From positions 2,046,001 to 2,110,000 of the forward strand of contig JAUFOQ010000013.1 of NCBI GenBank assembly GCA_040285855.1: a stretch of 64,000 bases of DNA, written 5' to 3'. The number at the start of each line of letters is the position of its first letter. Position 1 is the stretch's first letter. Source of the DNA: Eukaryota sp. GEM-RC1. Lineage: Eukaryota. Below are positions 38,150 to 50,189 of the stretch, one piece after another. The position numbers and the translations under genes were made by a program. A model generated the notes under the pieces. That model was not told where the DNA came from and searched no databases. It was given only the letters and a program-made list of their open reading frames with translations.

Positions 38150-39450
38150 GTATTGACATCTCAAAAGTTATGGATTAATCGATTTAAGTTTGCTCTTTAT
38201 AGAAGCATTCTCAAGTATTTAAGTTCCATTTATTCGAAGTTGTATAGGGATAATTCTCGTGTTGATGTGGAAATTTAACTTCTTTCTCTACCGTCTGCTG
38301 TATGCAAACTGCAAAATGAATTGACAAAGGAGTTTGAATTCTTGGACTGTAATAATCGTATTAGCTTGGCTAAAACTAATAGTGGCGAGTTCGCTGCTTT
38401 TTTAATGGACCTTTGTAATAGTGGATTTTCTGGATTTATTTCTCAAATTCCAAAGGTGTATGTATTACATCTATCTGATGAAGCTTGGATGATCAATATG
38501 CGTCTTCGTTTGGCTATTTGGCCTGCAAATTTATTAAACTATTCAACTTGCTCTTGTGGAGCTAATGGAGTTTTCCGTCATTTAATTTATTGTCGTTATT
38601 GTATTCATCTACGTGCAGTTATTCATGATGGTGTACGTGATTCTTGTTATTCCAGGTTTAAAGCACATGGTTTTCACTCTAAAGTTGAACCAGTTTTGAA
38701 TCACCTTTCAGAAAATGAATTTACTGATCAAAAAGAGGGGATCTACATACTCCGTGGCTTAAATCGAGTCAATCATTAATGGATTTTACTACAGTAGATG
38801 TTTGTAACAAATCTTGTGTCAGTAGGATATTAAATTCTTCTTTTAATCCATTAACAGCTGCTGAAAAGCTCAAACACTCCAAGTATGACTCTCAAGTAGA
38901 AGAATTAAATCGAAACTCATATTTTCCAAATTTGTGTTTCAACCTTTTGCTGTTTCTCTTTTTGGATCGATTAGTCCTGCTGGTGATCAATTTTTCAAGG
39001 ATGTCAAAATGGTGTGTCAAGAAAAGAAGCGTAAGTTTAGAATGGCTGAATGGAAAATCGTATAGTGTTTTCCCTATATCGGAATATGCCTTTCTATTTT
39101 CCTCGATTAGTTAAAAATAGTACAAGTTTGGTGTGAAGGTTAATGTTGAAAAACGTAATCTTTTACTGGGTGACTTTAAGTTTTGGTTGAATCGAATTGT
39201 CTCTACAATATTTAATACAATTCCTGTTATGGTTTCAAAAGCTCTATTAGCTCTCAGTATTTTCCATGAAGAAAGAGCTGAGGTTAGTTTTTATGGCAAT
39301 AAATGTTGTTGTAATGCCATTGATTTCTAGTTTTTGTGCTTATCTTACTGTTCTATAAACTTTCAATTTTAAACCGAAGGCATTACATGAAGATGATGTT
39401 GGTCAAAATTTCAATTGGGAAATTTAGAATTTGAGGATATTCAATAAATA
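38150..39450 (+). mobile_element. Same-orientation chain of 3' fragments from several RLE retrotransposon families
   Basis: Family C body (about 38280-39165) is followed by a family-B-type end (39170-39330) and an end resembling the 46901 element (39380-39447). Confidence 0.85.
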
Positions 39451-39487
39451 CAGTATTGCAAAAATTAAAATAAATATTTTTTATCTA

Positions 39488-40363
39488 CAGTAAACTCTCT
39501 CTAATTGCAACCCCTGTAATTGAAAACTCTCTGAAATTGCAACAAAAACCCATGCCACCGAGTAAAACAATACCAAATTGAAAATTGAAACAATTGAAAC
39601 ACTTTTTGAGACCTAATTGAAACATTGAAGTCAACGTTATGCTGTATTCTGGGTGTCGCATTTATTGCTAGCTGCCACATATTGATGTTAGTGTGGAGAA
39701 AGAGGTAGACGTTGTTGTTTTTCATAAATCCTACAGTATTCTTCTGGTTTTTCTCATCATCAACTTCAATATACCGTCCACGGTACTGAACATCAACCAA
39801 AAGTCAAATACAAAAGCATGCTCGTCAATATTTTGAAGATGATGAAAATACAGAAACTGTAACAGCAGATTCTTTCCTCAAAAAAAATCACTGAATCATT
39901 GTTTGAGAATTTTCTCCAATTGTGTTCAAATACATTAGTTTAATGACTTCACTGCTCTAAATCAAGTGATGATAGATCTTCCAGTAGTGCTGGGAGAAAA
40001 GAGGGAAAACATTGGTTCATTTTTTTCTCACCCTTACGAAATATTAACGAGACACTTTCTATGTACCATTGTATAATGAGTACTGTCGATATTAAGTAAA
40101 AGTCTTTTTTAAAAAGCGATATGATTAATTTGAGTCAAAATAATAACATTTGTTTAAGTCCGAGCATTCACGATAGTTGTTCTGTTGATGAGACTTGTTT
40201 TGCTCTTGCAGACTCATGGATAACATATTTGATGTTCTGGAATAGATATGGATGTTGTATTTAGTTAAGGGTAGCTTTATAGGAACTCTCTGTAATTGAA
40301 AACTCTCTGTAATTGAAACGAAACTCCATTCACCGAGTCGTTTCAATTAGAAAGAGTTTACTG
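39488..40363. mobile_element. Non-autonomous pogo/Tigger-like element, copy 2
   Basis: TA-flanked TIRs; inverted, diverged copy of 28452-29332. Confidence 0.9.
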
Positions 40364-40727
40364 TACGTGTAAAAAAATAAGTATTTTTCATTGAAAATTT
40401 TTAAATACTGCAATAGAAATATTTTTTCCCGACCACTGGGATATTGATTATTACTAATAATCTATTAGGAACAATTCAATCTTATATTAAGTGAATTAGA
40501 GTAAGGGTAACAAAGACATGTCATAAACTCATCACCTGGTTTTCCATAATAAAGAACAACCCAGGAAGGTGCATTTCCCTGAAAGTTGTCCTCGTTGAAA
40601 GGCCTCTGCAATTAAAAGAAGGCAATTAAAGATTGCTACAGTAGGGATGCATTAATGTATGAAATGCTGCTAGTGCTGTTTATTCACAACTCCTTTTCCT
40701 ACTTTGTTAAGCTTATACTAGTAGCTG

Positions 40728-41764
40728 ATGTCTTCTGGATATAAAGTCTTTCTCCTACTTTCCTATGTAGGTTCTGGACTTCTACAGCCTCTGTTCATAG
40801 AATGGCTCAATCAGAGAGGTTCTAAGCAACATAAAGAAACATTCCTATACCTACTCCCGAATTTCCTGAGCATGACAGCTTGCTTTTTGTTTCCATCTGT
40901 AATTAAGTTCATCAAAAGTCTACCAAACCTACTCAAAGCATCAATGTGTCCTTACTAGATTTTGATGTTAAATCAGAGCTAGAATACCGCCCAGCTATTC
41001 CACATTTGAAACTTTTTGCTGTTGCTGCTATCGATGTGTTCAGTCAAGCGCTCTGTTTTGCTGGACTCCTACTGGCTCACAGCATGTACTATACAATCAT
41101 TTACTCCTCATGTAGTGTTCACACAGCGTGGCTCACTAGAATAATCCTAAAGAAGAAACCTCTCAAGCTCCAGTGGCTAGCTGTGTTCGTGGTTACTTTC
41201 GGTCTAAGTATCTCTGCTCTGGGGAAGAAAAATGACCCTGCCGATGAGTTCGACATTCTATTGGGTTGCTCTTTGATTCTCATTGGTTCGATCACTCACT
41301 CTACAACCTACGTCTTGTACGAAGTCTTCATGAAGAACAAGGAGAAGTCCTTACCTTCATTAGTTGTCTGTTGTTTTAATGGAATGTATGCTAGTGCTAT
41401 CGTTTCCTGTTGGGTCTTAGTCTACGTAGTGCCACGCTGGCATGAGCTCATCGTTAAGCCCATCATTGAATCTGGCTCAGATGTTGTTACTGTCCTTTGG
41501 TTATACGCTGGTCTTACGGTTGTGGATCTGGTACACGCCGCCGCTTTTTACATTTTGATTGGAATAACTTCTGCTATAACAGTGGGAATTTTCAAGGGAG
41601 TGCAGTCTACCCTTGTTTTTGTCACTTCCCATTTCCTTTTCTGTAGTACTATCTCTTCACAGTGTTTCTCTTATGCTAAGGGAACGTCGCTGTTAGTTGT
41701 TGTTTGTGGTGTCTTTCTGTATTCATTTGCAAAACAAAAGACGGTGAATCCAAAAGTTAAATAA
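40728..41764 (+). CDS. Drug/metabolite (nucleotide-sugar/EamA-like) transporter
   Basis: About 10 TM segments; 'AAIDVFSQALCFAGL..SMYYTIIYSS..TAWLTRIILKK..QWLAVFVVTFGL'; one frameshift near 40925. Confidence 0.8.
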
Positions 41765-41987
41765 TCATTATCTGTGGTTTTTGTTTAGTGTATTTTTGTT
41801 TATCGAATTATTCGTACATGTACAGTCAACCTTGGGTTTAGTCTCTTAAATATAGTGCTGTTGTCAATAAAACTTGATAATAAAAAAAAATAGTGCATAC
41901 CAAAATGAGTAATTCTTGTGACAATTTGGGACAATGCTCTCGTTTAATGATTTAACTGTTATCTAATCATAAATTTCTGATCAACTG

Positions 41988-42879
41988 TCAAAATTTGTTT
42001 ATATCCTTTTGAAAAAAGGTTTCAATCGGATTAGAATCCGGGCAATAAGGTGGAAGAATGTGGTATGCCACTCCTGCTTTACGCATACCATGTATGATAT
42101 TGTCATGGTTGTGGATATTACAACCGTCCAACACAATACAACTTCGTGGACCACCAAAAGTATAAAGAATTCCATGAGAAATAAGAGAGGTTAAAAATGA
42201 GACGAACTGAGATCGGTTGAAGTGGCCTTCTTGGATATGTGCCATAACATATCCATTGATATCAATAGCAACACAAGCCGAGATCGGATGAGAAACCTGA
42301 GTAGACATGAGTTTATGTACTGGAGCTCCTTTAGGGGACCAAACACTGGTTCGTTCAAAGTCTCCAGCCCTGAAAGTTATTTCATCAACAAACAGCAGAC
42401 GATGTTGTCGGATGGGTCCAATAGTCATTAGAAGTCTGTTCTCGAAAGCGACTATTAAGCTCCGTTTGGCTCTCTTGACTAATATTTGGCATCGCTTCCA
42501 AGAGTATCCTGAGTGTATTAAGAAACGATGTATTGTACTGACACTAACACTTTTATGGCGTTGATGAAGCAACAATTCTACGATTTCTCTAAGATATAGC
42601 TCCGGTGTTTCCTCAAGAGTTGTCAGAATGAAGTCTCTATCATGATCATCTAATATGGATATGTCCCTAAGATGGGATTCTTTCGGTTTAAACGCTTGTC
42701 TTACCCATCGAGATAGAGTAGATTGATTGATCGCGTAGTAAGAAGAAACCTCTGCTTGAGTTTTTTCGAGCCACAAATATGTCCATACAGCACGTACTTT
42801 CGTATCTTCACTCGCATGATGTGTAAGAGTAAAGAGATCTACTTCAGGATCGCAGAGAAGGTCAAAAGATAAGGTCATG
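41988..42879 (-). mobile_element. IS630/Tc1-mariner DD34E transposase
   Basis: HTH 'QSTLSRWV', 'PELYLREI..VSVSTIHRFL', 'LFVDE', 'IVLDGCNIH..LPPYCPDSNPIE' (34 residues between D and E); C-terminus frameshifted; own TIRs not identified. Confidence 0.9.
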
Positions 42880-42900
42880 CAGAAAATGGGCTGTGAGATA

Positions 42901-43514
42901 TCGTAGGTGTCCCAATACAAGCAACTTTATATCTTATACAAGCAAACACATTTTGTTGCTTGTATTGGGACCTGCTTGTATTGGGACCCTATAATACGGT
43001 GAAGTGACGACACCTTTTATTTCGATATATTACTGGATCACATACTCTATTTCGTAATGCTACCTGTACACTGTATTTTAAATAGAACAAAAATTTATAA
43101 CAATACAATAATATGACACAAGCTTTAATAACAATATTTTAATTTGTTCTACAAGTACACAATATTTGTCTGTATAGGAGCAAAGTTCTATTGACAGGGA
43201 TTCTATTACCTATTGTTTCATAATTTGAATTTTGATAGGCCATGTTGTGCTTCTGATTGAAATGTCAAACAACACAATAACTCCATCGAGTTCTTCGGGT
43301 AAAAATCCGCAAGAACAACACGTAAGCACCCAAGTGGACACTATGAAGTTCGTTCACAGCTCTATACGTTGTAATTCATTTTAATAAACTTTGTATTGAA
43401 GTATAACTCGCTCAACATCCTGAATGCAATAGAATAATACAGGCAAACTCTTTTACTTGCTTGTATTGGGGCCTTGCTTGTATTGGAACCTTGCTTGTAT
43501 TGGGACACCTACGA
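42901..43514. mobile_element. MITE with 24-bp TIRs and subterminal repeats
   Basis: TA-tcgtaggtgtcccaatacaagcaa ... ttgcttgtattgggacacctacga-TA; tandem tgcttgtattgg repeats. Confidence 0.88.
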
Positions 43515-43607
43515 TATTACTCTGAGAGGAAATTGAAAAAATCTCACATATGCACTTAAAAAAATTTCACAGCAGTGCTTTACAAAAAAAATGGATATTT
43601 TTCATAA

Positions 43608-45659
43608 GGGAAAAGTACTGAAATACCCCCACCACAAAAATTTAGAACTGACATACCCCTCGAATAAAAATTGGTATTGATCTACCCCTTCAAAAAAGAA
43701 TGACGTGCAGTATTACATACAACGGCAGCGAACATAGTCTCACGATCGGCAGCCGTTTATCTCCCTTAGTGTTGAAAGAACTTATTCGACAACATAACAT
43801 TGCAAGCTGCCGGTACTACATCTTTAAAAAGTCAGAACACAAACAGATCAAAGCGGTTTGTACAAACAAGCAATGTGAATATGTTTGTCGTGCATCTCGA
43901 CCTGCGAAATCCCCACCAGAAACCCTGTATAAAGTGACAGCTCTAAAAGATCACAATTGTCAGCTTGAAGACGAGACAACATATACTCCACCACCTCCTT
44001 CTTCTAAGTACTTGGCCTCTCTTTCCTATATTCAAGAAAAAATCTCCCAAAACCCCTCTTCCAAATGCAGTGATCTCGCTGTTGATTTGAAACAACACGT
44101 TAAAGTTACTGTAAGAAAACACATGATCAAAGCTATGCGAAGATTATGTAGAGAACAACTATTTGGGAGCTTTGAAGATAACTTCAATCAACTAAGCTCT
44201 TACTTGGAGTTGTTGAAAAGTCACAATCCAGGAACTGTAACTGCTTTAGATTTGGATGAACAGTTCCATAGGTTCTTTATTGCTTTTGGGGGGACAATCT
44301 GTGGTTACAACTATTGCCGTCCATTGGTTCAAGTAGATGGCACTCACTTGCATAATAAATACAAGCAAGTACTACTTACGTCGAGCACTGTTGACGCACA
44401 AGGACAGCTGTTTCCTCTTGGCTTCGCTGTAGTCTCTGGTGAGAACCTAGATAATTGGGTCTGGTTCTTTGAACAGTTTCAAAGCTGTTTTGGTAACAAT
44501 GTCGTTACTTTTGTTAGCGATAGGGAGAAAGGACTCTTAGAAGCAGTCAGGCGAGTATATCCCGAGGCCGCTCATTCTTACTGTTTGCGTCACTTAGCGA
44601 AAAATGTTGGTGTGCGTTTCAGTTCCCTCATATGGAAAGCAGCCAAAGCTGAAAGCGAAGATGATCTCAATAATGTGTTGTCTGAGATAAGATCTGAGTC
44701 ATCTAAAGCCTACGAGAAGTTGGTTTCAGCAGGATTAGAACACTGGACCTCAGTCCACTTTCCTGGTTTACGATACGGCCATCTGACCTCTAATTTAATC
44801 GAAAGCTTGAATGCATGGTTGTTAAATGTTCGAGGAATGCCCATTGTCCGAATGGTAAACGCAATCGCAGAAAAACTGTCTTTATGGTTTGAGAAAAGAT
44901 TCAAAGAAGCATCTGATATGAAAGGAACTGTAAGTGATAAGGTTTTCCAGAAGGTGAAGTCCTTGTTGAGTGAAGCATGGCAATATGAATGTACAGTTGT
45001 TGAGAGAAGTGAAGATACCTTTGTTAAGGTCACCAACGATGTCCGGTCATTTGTAGTTGATGTTAACAATCGATCATGTTCATGTCAAAAGTGGCAACTG
45101 ACAGGTTATCCATGTAGTCACGGAATTGCCGCTCTTTTGAAGTTGAAACGCAACATCGCATCAGGAGTTGATAGCTACTACTACAGCGAAAACTACAAAC
45201 GTACGTATGGAGAAGGAATACTTCCGATAGACCTTTCAATTACTCTGGCAAGTGTTACGATTCTTCCACCAGAAGTCAAAACTGGGAGAGGTAGACCGCG
45301 AATCCGCCGTTACAAACCAGGTGAGAGTCAGAAAAGAAAAGAGTCAAGTTGAGTCAGAATATGGGACGAACAGATTTGGACGATTTCAACGTTGTTCGAG
45401 TCGAAATAGAAGAAGGTGATGTAGATAGTGAAGACACTGAGTGGAGTGGAGATAGTGGTTCGTCTTCAGAAGAAGACAGTGATGAAGAACAGCGTTTATT
45501 GTAGATCTTTATAAAATACTGGTTATAGGTGGTTTAAGGCTATGTAAGTTCATAATTAGAGTGTAAAAGAGAGAACAGGGGTAGGTCAATACCATTTTGG
45601 TGACTGGGGGTAGGTCAGTACCACTTGGGTGATCATGGGGGTATATGAGTCCTTGACCC
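43608..45659 (+). mobile_element. Apparently complete Mutator-like (MULE) transposon
   Basis: 9-bp TSD TTTTCATAA (43599-43607, 45660-45668); imperfect TIRs gggaaaagtactgaaataccccc / gggtcaaggactcatataccccc. Confidence 0.93.
43700..45352 (+). CDS. MULE transposase (DDE + SWIM zinc finger)
   Basis: 'VDGTHL..FPLGFAVV..ENLDNWVWF..SDREKGL..HSYCLRHL..TSNLIESLN..CSCQKWQLTGYPCSH..GRPR'; uninterrupted 550 aa. Confidence 0.95.
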   Translation: MTCSITYNGSEHSLTIGSRLSPLVLKELIRQHNIASCRYYIFKKSEHKQIKAVCTNKQCEYVCRASRPAKSPPETLYKVTALKDHNCQLEDETTYTPPPPSSKYLASLSYIQEKISQNPSSKCSDLAVDLKQHVKVTVRKHMIKAMRRLCREQLFGSFEDNFNQLSSYLELLKSHNPGTVTALDLDEQFHRFFIAFGGTICGYNYCRPLVQVDGTHLHNKYKQVLLTSSTVDAQGQLFPLGFAVVSGENLDNWVWFFEQFQSCFGNNVVTFVSDREKGLLEAVRRVYPEAAHSYCLRHLAKNVGVRFSSLIWKAAKAESEDDLNNVLSEIRSESSKAYEKLVSAGLEHWTSVHFPGLRYGHLTSNLIESLNAWLLNVRGMPIVRMVNAIAEKLSLWFEKRFKEASDMKGTVSDKVFQKVKSLLSEAWQYECTVVERSEDTFVKVTNDVRSFVVDVNNRSCSCQKWQLTGYPCSHGIAALLKLKRNIASGVDSYYYSENYKRTYGEGILPIDLSITLASVTILPPEVKTGRGRPRIRRYKPGESQKRKESS

Positions 45660-46894
45660 TTTTCATAATCATATTCATACTTCTCATTTCCATATTCATC
45701 TCCATTTTTTTTGTTTCTGCGGCTTATGCCTTACTTTTGGCTCTTGAAACCTCCAAGAATCACCAAAACACATGCTTTGTAGGTCATATGCTTGATATTT
45801 TGAGTAAATCCCTCTTCGGTTTATCTCAAATCTACTTTCTGTGTCAACTGTTCTTCTACGACTGAAACATAGTCTCCGGTGTAGCTATATCTGTAGCCCT
45901 TGAAGCAAGAAGCTCTTAGCGAATGAAGATTTAATCGACTCCGTCTCTAGAGGTGCCGAATCTGCATTGCGTGATCTCCTCTCTACATATATGTTGTATT
46001 CATCTTCTTCTGGTGGGGATTTTTTTCTTGTGTTTATATAAATAAGACTCATATCAACAACTTTTACATAAAGGCTCAGCGTCCTCAATTAAAGATACTT
46101 GTGACATTATCTGAGTCTTAAGTTGATATCTCTTGTGAAACGACGTGGTTATATACTTTGACGCACATCGAGCTAAATCCAGAAGTACAATCAAATAAAC
46201 ATATTGACTTCTGTTGCTTTACAGTTGCGAGGCAAAACAGAAGCTGTGGATAACGAGAGAACGTAAATCGCCATTTCGGCATTAAGTTGGACAACTACCC
46301 CATAGTGTCTCTAAAGTCTCTCTAGAGACCACATTGTGAGGATTATCACAGTCTCGCACTGTGATTTGCCTCAGCATATAACCACTGGTTTGCTTTCTAT
46401 ACTATGTTGGTCCAATTTGAAGTTAATGTATGTAAAGTTGTTGATAAAATATCTGATGACAACATAATGTGCACAAGGTCAGATTTATTGATGATAATAT
46501 ATGCAGAGTCACACATGTGTGTTGATTCTGTTGACTATCAGAGCAGTGTGCTATAGTCATGGTTGAAGAATCAATGAAAATTGTATAGATTATGTGCAGA
46601 GAACAGACAACATGGATCATGCCAATGAGATCACTTGAACTCTAATGTGATAGTGGAGAGGAGGATTCTCGACCGTCAGGATTGAAAGAACAGTGTAAGA
46701 TCTAGTAAAGTTTATAGCCAGAGAACAACTGGGAACCAGATCTACGAAAACTATGGATATCGACGATGACCTTCAAGAAAGAACCGAAAAGTTGGGCCAT
46801 GTTATTGAAAGGAGAAAAGGAATGGAGGGAGAGAATCCATAAAAATGGATATGAATATGATATGCATTTATTTTGAAAAGCACTGACAGTGTTC

Positions 46895-48002
46895 ATACAT
46901 CTAATAATCAATATCCTCGAAGTCCAGATTGCCTAACTGGAAATTTTCACCTGCCTTATCCTCATAATGTCTGCCACGAGATAACAAAGCGCTAGATACA
47001 GAAGTCACCATATCTTTAAAGATAGCAAACACGGTTCTATTTTTCCAAAATCTAAGATCAAAAGTCCTAGATGTTTTTTCTTTTATAATCTTCACAAAGA
47101 TTTCAAGTAATGATGTTGCTGATTCACCTAAAGAACCGTACAGTGAAAATACAAAAGGGTACAACAAGTAATTCGAGTGTGAAGCCGAATTCAATAATTC
47201 CAATTTAGCACAATATTTTTCCATTTTAAATTTTTCACCAATCAACAAGGGGTTTTTAGCATTAGATTTAACAAGTTTCTTGTTGGAATCATTACAAACA
47301 TCGATAGACATAACATCAGCAATAATGAAAGATCCATCAAGACCAGGAAATATGACATCACCACGGCTATTTCCAAACGATTTGTCAACATCTGTATCAT
47401 CAAACAAACCAGCCAGAACTGGTTCTAAAAAGGAAACTATTCCATAGGAGTTATACATACAGTATAATTGATCCCTTACTGAATCATGAACCTTACTTCT
47501 AAAAGAAATAAAACGGTTACAATTCAATAAATGTGTAGGTGTTACAGATTGCCCACATTGGCATTTCAAATTATGTGGAAGGTTATCAGGCCAAATATGA
47601 CCGTAAACGCATGTTTAATGACCACGAGTTATCATCAAGAAGAAGACCGTACACTTGAGGGATTTGAGTAATCAGACATGAAGCAGAGCTATAAGAAACA
47701 TCCGTTAAGAAATTTGCAAAAGCGGAATTTTTTTCCTTGGTCATGCCAGGTCGAACATTATAACCCAAGCTTTCGAAAATATTTGTAAGTTTCTGTTGTA
47801 AATTTTTCAGACAGAACTGAAGATTAGTGAAACATCTTTCAGATATTTTAGACACAGATTCTGGGAAACACTGAGACCAAACGTCAAAAGGTAATTTGAT
47901 TAACGCTCCGTTTAAGTCAAATAAATATTTACATGAATTGGGGTTAATAAGGGAAATACCATTAGGCAATCGATTAACAAATTCAAAGATGAAATTTTTC
48001 AA
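46895..48002 (-). mobile_element. 5'-truncated RLE retrotransposon (family F)
   Basis: 'CQCG..HLLNC..VHDSVRD..SRGD..ADVMSID..EKFKMEKY..YPFVFSLYG'. Confidence 0.88.
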
Positions 48003-48530
48003 ATTATAATGTTAATGTTTATGATTCATTGATAATCCAAAAAATGCCACTTCAAACGAGTTCTATACATTCTGTAAATTTGATAGTTGCAGGTTCTGTT
48101 CGTGTGGAGTGCAAACACAGTTCGAAAAAAGTGCATGAAATTAGTTGAGTCAGGGGTTTGAGTCATTCATACGGGACGTAGCAAATGATGAACAAGACCA
48201 CCAATTGAAAAGTTCCAACTCAAGGAATTGAACATTAGAAGAAGTGGCCAATGAAGAATTCAGTACAGAGGGACAGATACATCAAAATGATGTCGTGGTC
48301 AAAGCTGTGATCAAACACCGTTTAAATCATAGAGGAAATATCTCCATTTCAAGAAGAGTAAAGAAATAGATAACAATTGACTCTGAGAATAATTCAGAGA
48401 ACTAAGAGAGGTTGGCGTGATATAGTTCCTGTGAGAGTTTAGGATATGATACATTGGCTTTGAAGCATCCCATTGATGAGAGACTGATTGGTAACATGTG
48501 ACTTTTTTGGTTTCTATTTTTTCTACAAAA

Positions 48531-49178
48531 ATGCGTCACCTACCCATCACTGAGTTGGTTTCATCTCAACAGGATTTTCCAGATATGCCACCCGTCCATG
48601 GACCTGGAAAGAGACTGCCTAGTTTTGATTCCGTAAAGTCTTTTGTTCAACAGATGCACAACCACTATGAACAACACCACTGCCCTTGTGTCCAACAGGT
48701 TACGGACTGGGATTTACCGTATTCACAGGTGCGCCTCCCCAATACTCATTTCCCCAATCACGATGTGAGTTCCAATCAACTGCCAGAGTTCCATTCTCCG
48801 CAAAATCTGTCTCAGCCTTCGTCTCCCTTTGTCCCCCCTCAACAGTATCATGCATCATATGCTGCTTTGCCTGCTTACTCGACCTACACGCCTGCGATGC
48901 CTGTCAATCACCCCGATGTCTCCTACGCCGCTCCTCCATCCTATTCTCATGCGACATATGCCCCTGGTAGCTTTGCTTCCAAAAAGACAAATAAGTTCTC
49001 ACCAGATCAGACCCAGGTGTTGAGAGCAGTGTTTGCCACAAATCCCCGGCCTTCTAGTTCAGAAATAGACCAGATTGCGGAAGATACAGGATTGACTTCA
49101 CGACAGGTCAAAATTTGGTTTCAGAATACCCGTAGCAGATCAAAACCCAAATCTTCAACCGTCACCCACAAGATGTAA
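48531..49178 (+). CDS. Homeodomain protein (non-TALE)
   Basis: 'KFSPDQTQVLRAVFATNPRPSSSEIDQIAEDTGLTSRQVKIWFQNTRSRSK' with a Pro/Ser/His-rich N-terminus. Confidence 0.92.
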   Translation: MRHLPITELVSSQQDFPDMPPVHGPGKRLPSFDSVKSFVQQMHNHYEQHHCPCVQQVTDWDLPYSQVRLPNTHFPNHDVSSNQLPEFHSPQNLSQPSSPFVPPQQYHASYAALPAYSTYTPAMPVNHPDVSYAAPPSYSHATYAPGSFASKKTNKFSPDQTQVLRAVFATNPRPSSSEIDQIAEDTGLTSRQVKIWFQNTRSRSKPKSSTVTHKM

Positions 49179-49352
49179 ATGTTTGCACCCTCATAGTACT
49201 GTTTATTGTTAGTACTTTTGTTTCAATAAAACTGCAGCCCTTTAATCCTATATTTTTGATGATACCATAGTTCACTTGTTTGTTAAAAAAATGTTCATAT
49301 CCTGGTCATCCTAACAACAATGACGATTTTTTGGTAACAACTCTACAATAAT

Positions 49353-50189
49353 TTATTCATTACACAAGCTGGCTTCATAATTCCGCAAATGTATTTGTGT
49401 AAACATAGACACCTCATCAGAATTAGCAAGAATCACAAACTCCCCACCTTTTTTAATGGTAGCTCTCTTGGCCTGTGGATACCTCTTGTAAACTTCATTT
49501 CTAACGTCAGCAGGCAGTGAGCTAACATCACAAGCATCTAAGATAGTAATCTTAGAGTCGTCTAGTTGAAGCTTAGGAACTACATGAGGAGTGGTGTGGA
49601 GGGAATAGCGTGATAACAAGGTGGATCTGTCCAGAGTATGAAGGAACTGAACAACAAAATCAGCAGAATCAGCGATTTCAGGAAGAACTTCGTCCAGAGG
49701 AAAGTTAGCGAGAAACTTACGTCGGAGAGCAAACGCAGGCATTGCGTTCATGAGAGGATTTTTGTGATTGACAAAGAATTGAGTGTCACAGAAAGAGTTA
49801 CATAGAATCATTGATAGAACGAGGGTAGGCTTGGCAGCAGCAATCGCTTGAGAGAGAAAGCCTCCAAGACCCACGCCGAATAGATGGATCTTCCGACAGT
49901 TAAGATGAGCCAGAAAAAGTTCAAAAGATTTAATGAATTCATCTACAGAGAAGATGGCAGGAAGTGTTGGAGAGATTACTGAGTATCCACGGCAACTTAG
50001 AGAATTCATTTGTCTGAAAAAGGATTCCGCTGTACCAGTAGAAGAGTGCAGGCAGATGAGGGGAGCTCCTGTCTTAGGCCCAGATTGATAATACTGCCAT
50101 GGTTTTTGCAAAATTACACAAGATTTACGCTGTATAGACTGTTTGAAGAGTTTGAATTCCTCGGATGAGACGAGAGAGGAACTTGCCAT
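49353..50189 (-). CDS. SPG21: Maspardin (alpha/beta-hydrolase fold)
   Basis: 'PLICL..GTAESFFRQ..IHLFGVGLGGFLSQ..MILCNSFCDT..YKRYPQAKRATIKKGG..QIHLR'. Confidence 0.88.
   Translation of the reverse strand: MASSSLVSSEEFKLFKQSIQRKSCVILQKPWQYYQSGPKTGAPLICLHSSTGTAESFFRQMNSLSCRGYSVISPTLPAIFSVDEFIKSFELFLAHLNCRKIHLFGVGLGGFLSQAIAAAKPTLVLSMILCNSFCDTQFFVNHKNPLMNAMPAFALRRKFLANFPLDEVLPEIADSADFVVQFLHTLDRSTLLSRYSLHTTPHVVPKLQLDDSKITILDACDVSSLPADVRNEVYKRYPQAKRATIKKGGEFVILANSDEVSMFTQIHLRNYEASLCNE

Larger units (their letters stand above)
43573..46885. mobile_element. Non-autonomous CAGTG-ended TIR element hosting the MULE
   Basis: Left cagtgctttacaaaaaaaatggatat; right end reverse complement cagtgcttttcaaaataaatgcatat; ACAG on both flanks. 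Confidence 0.7.
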
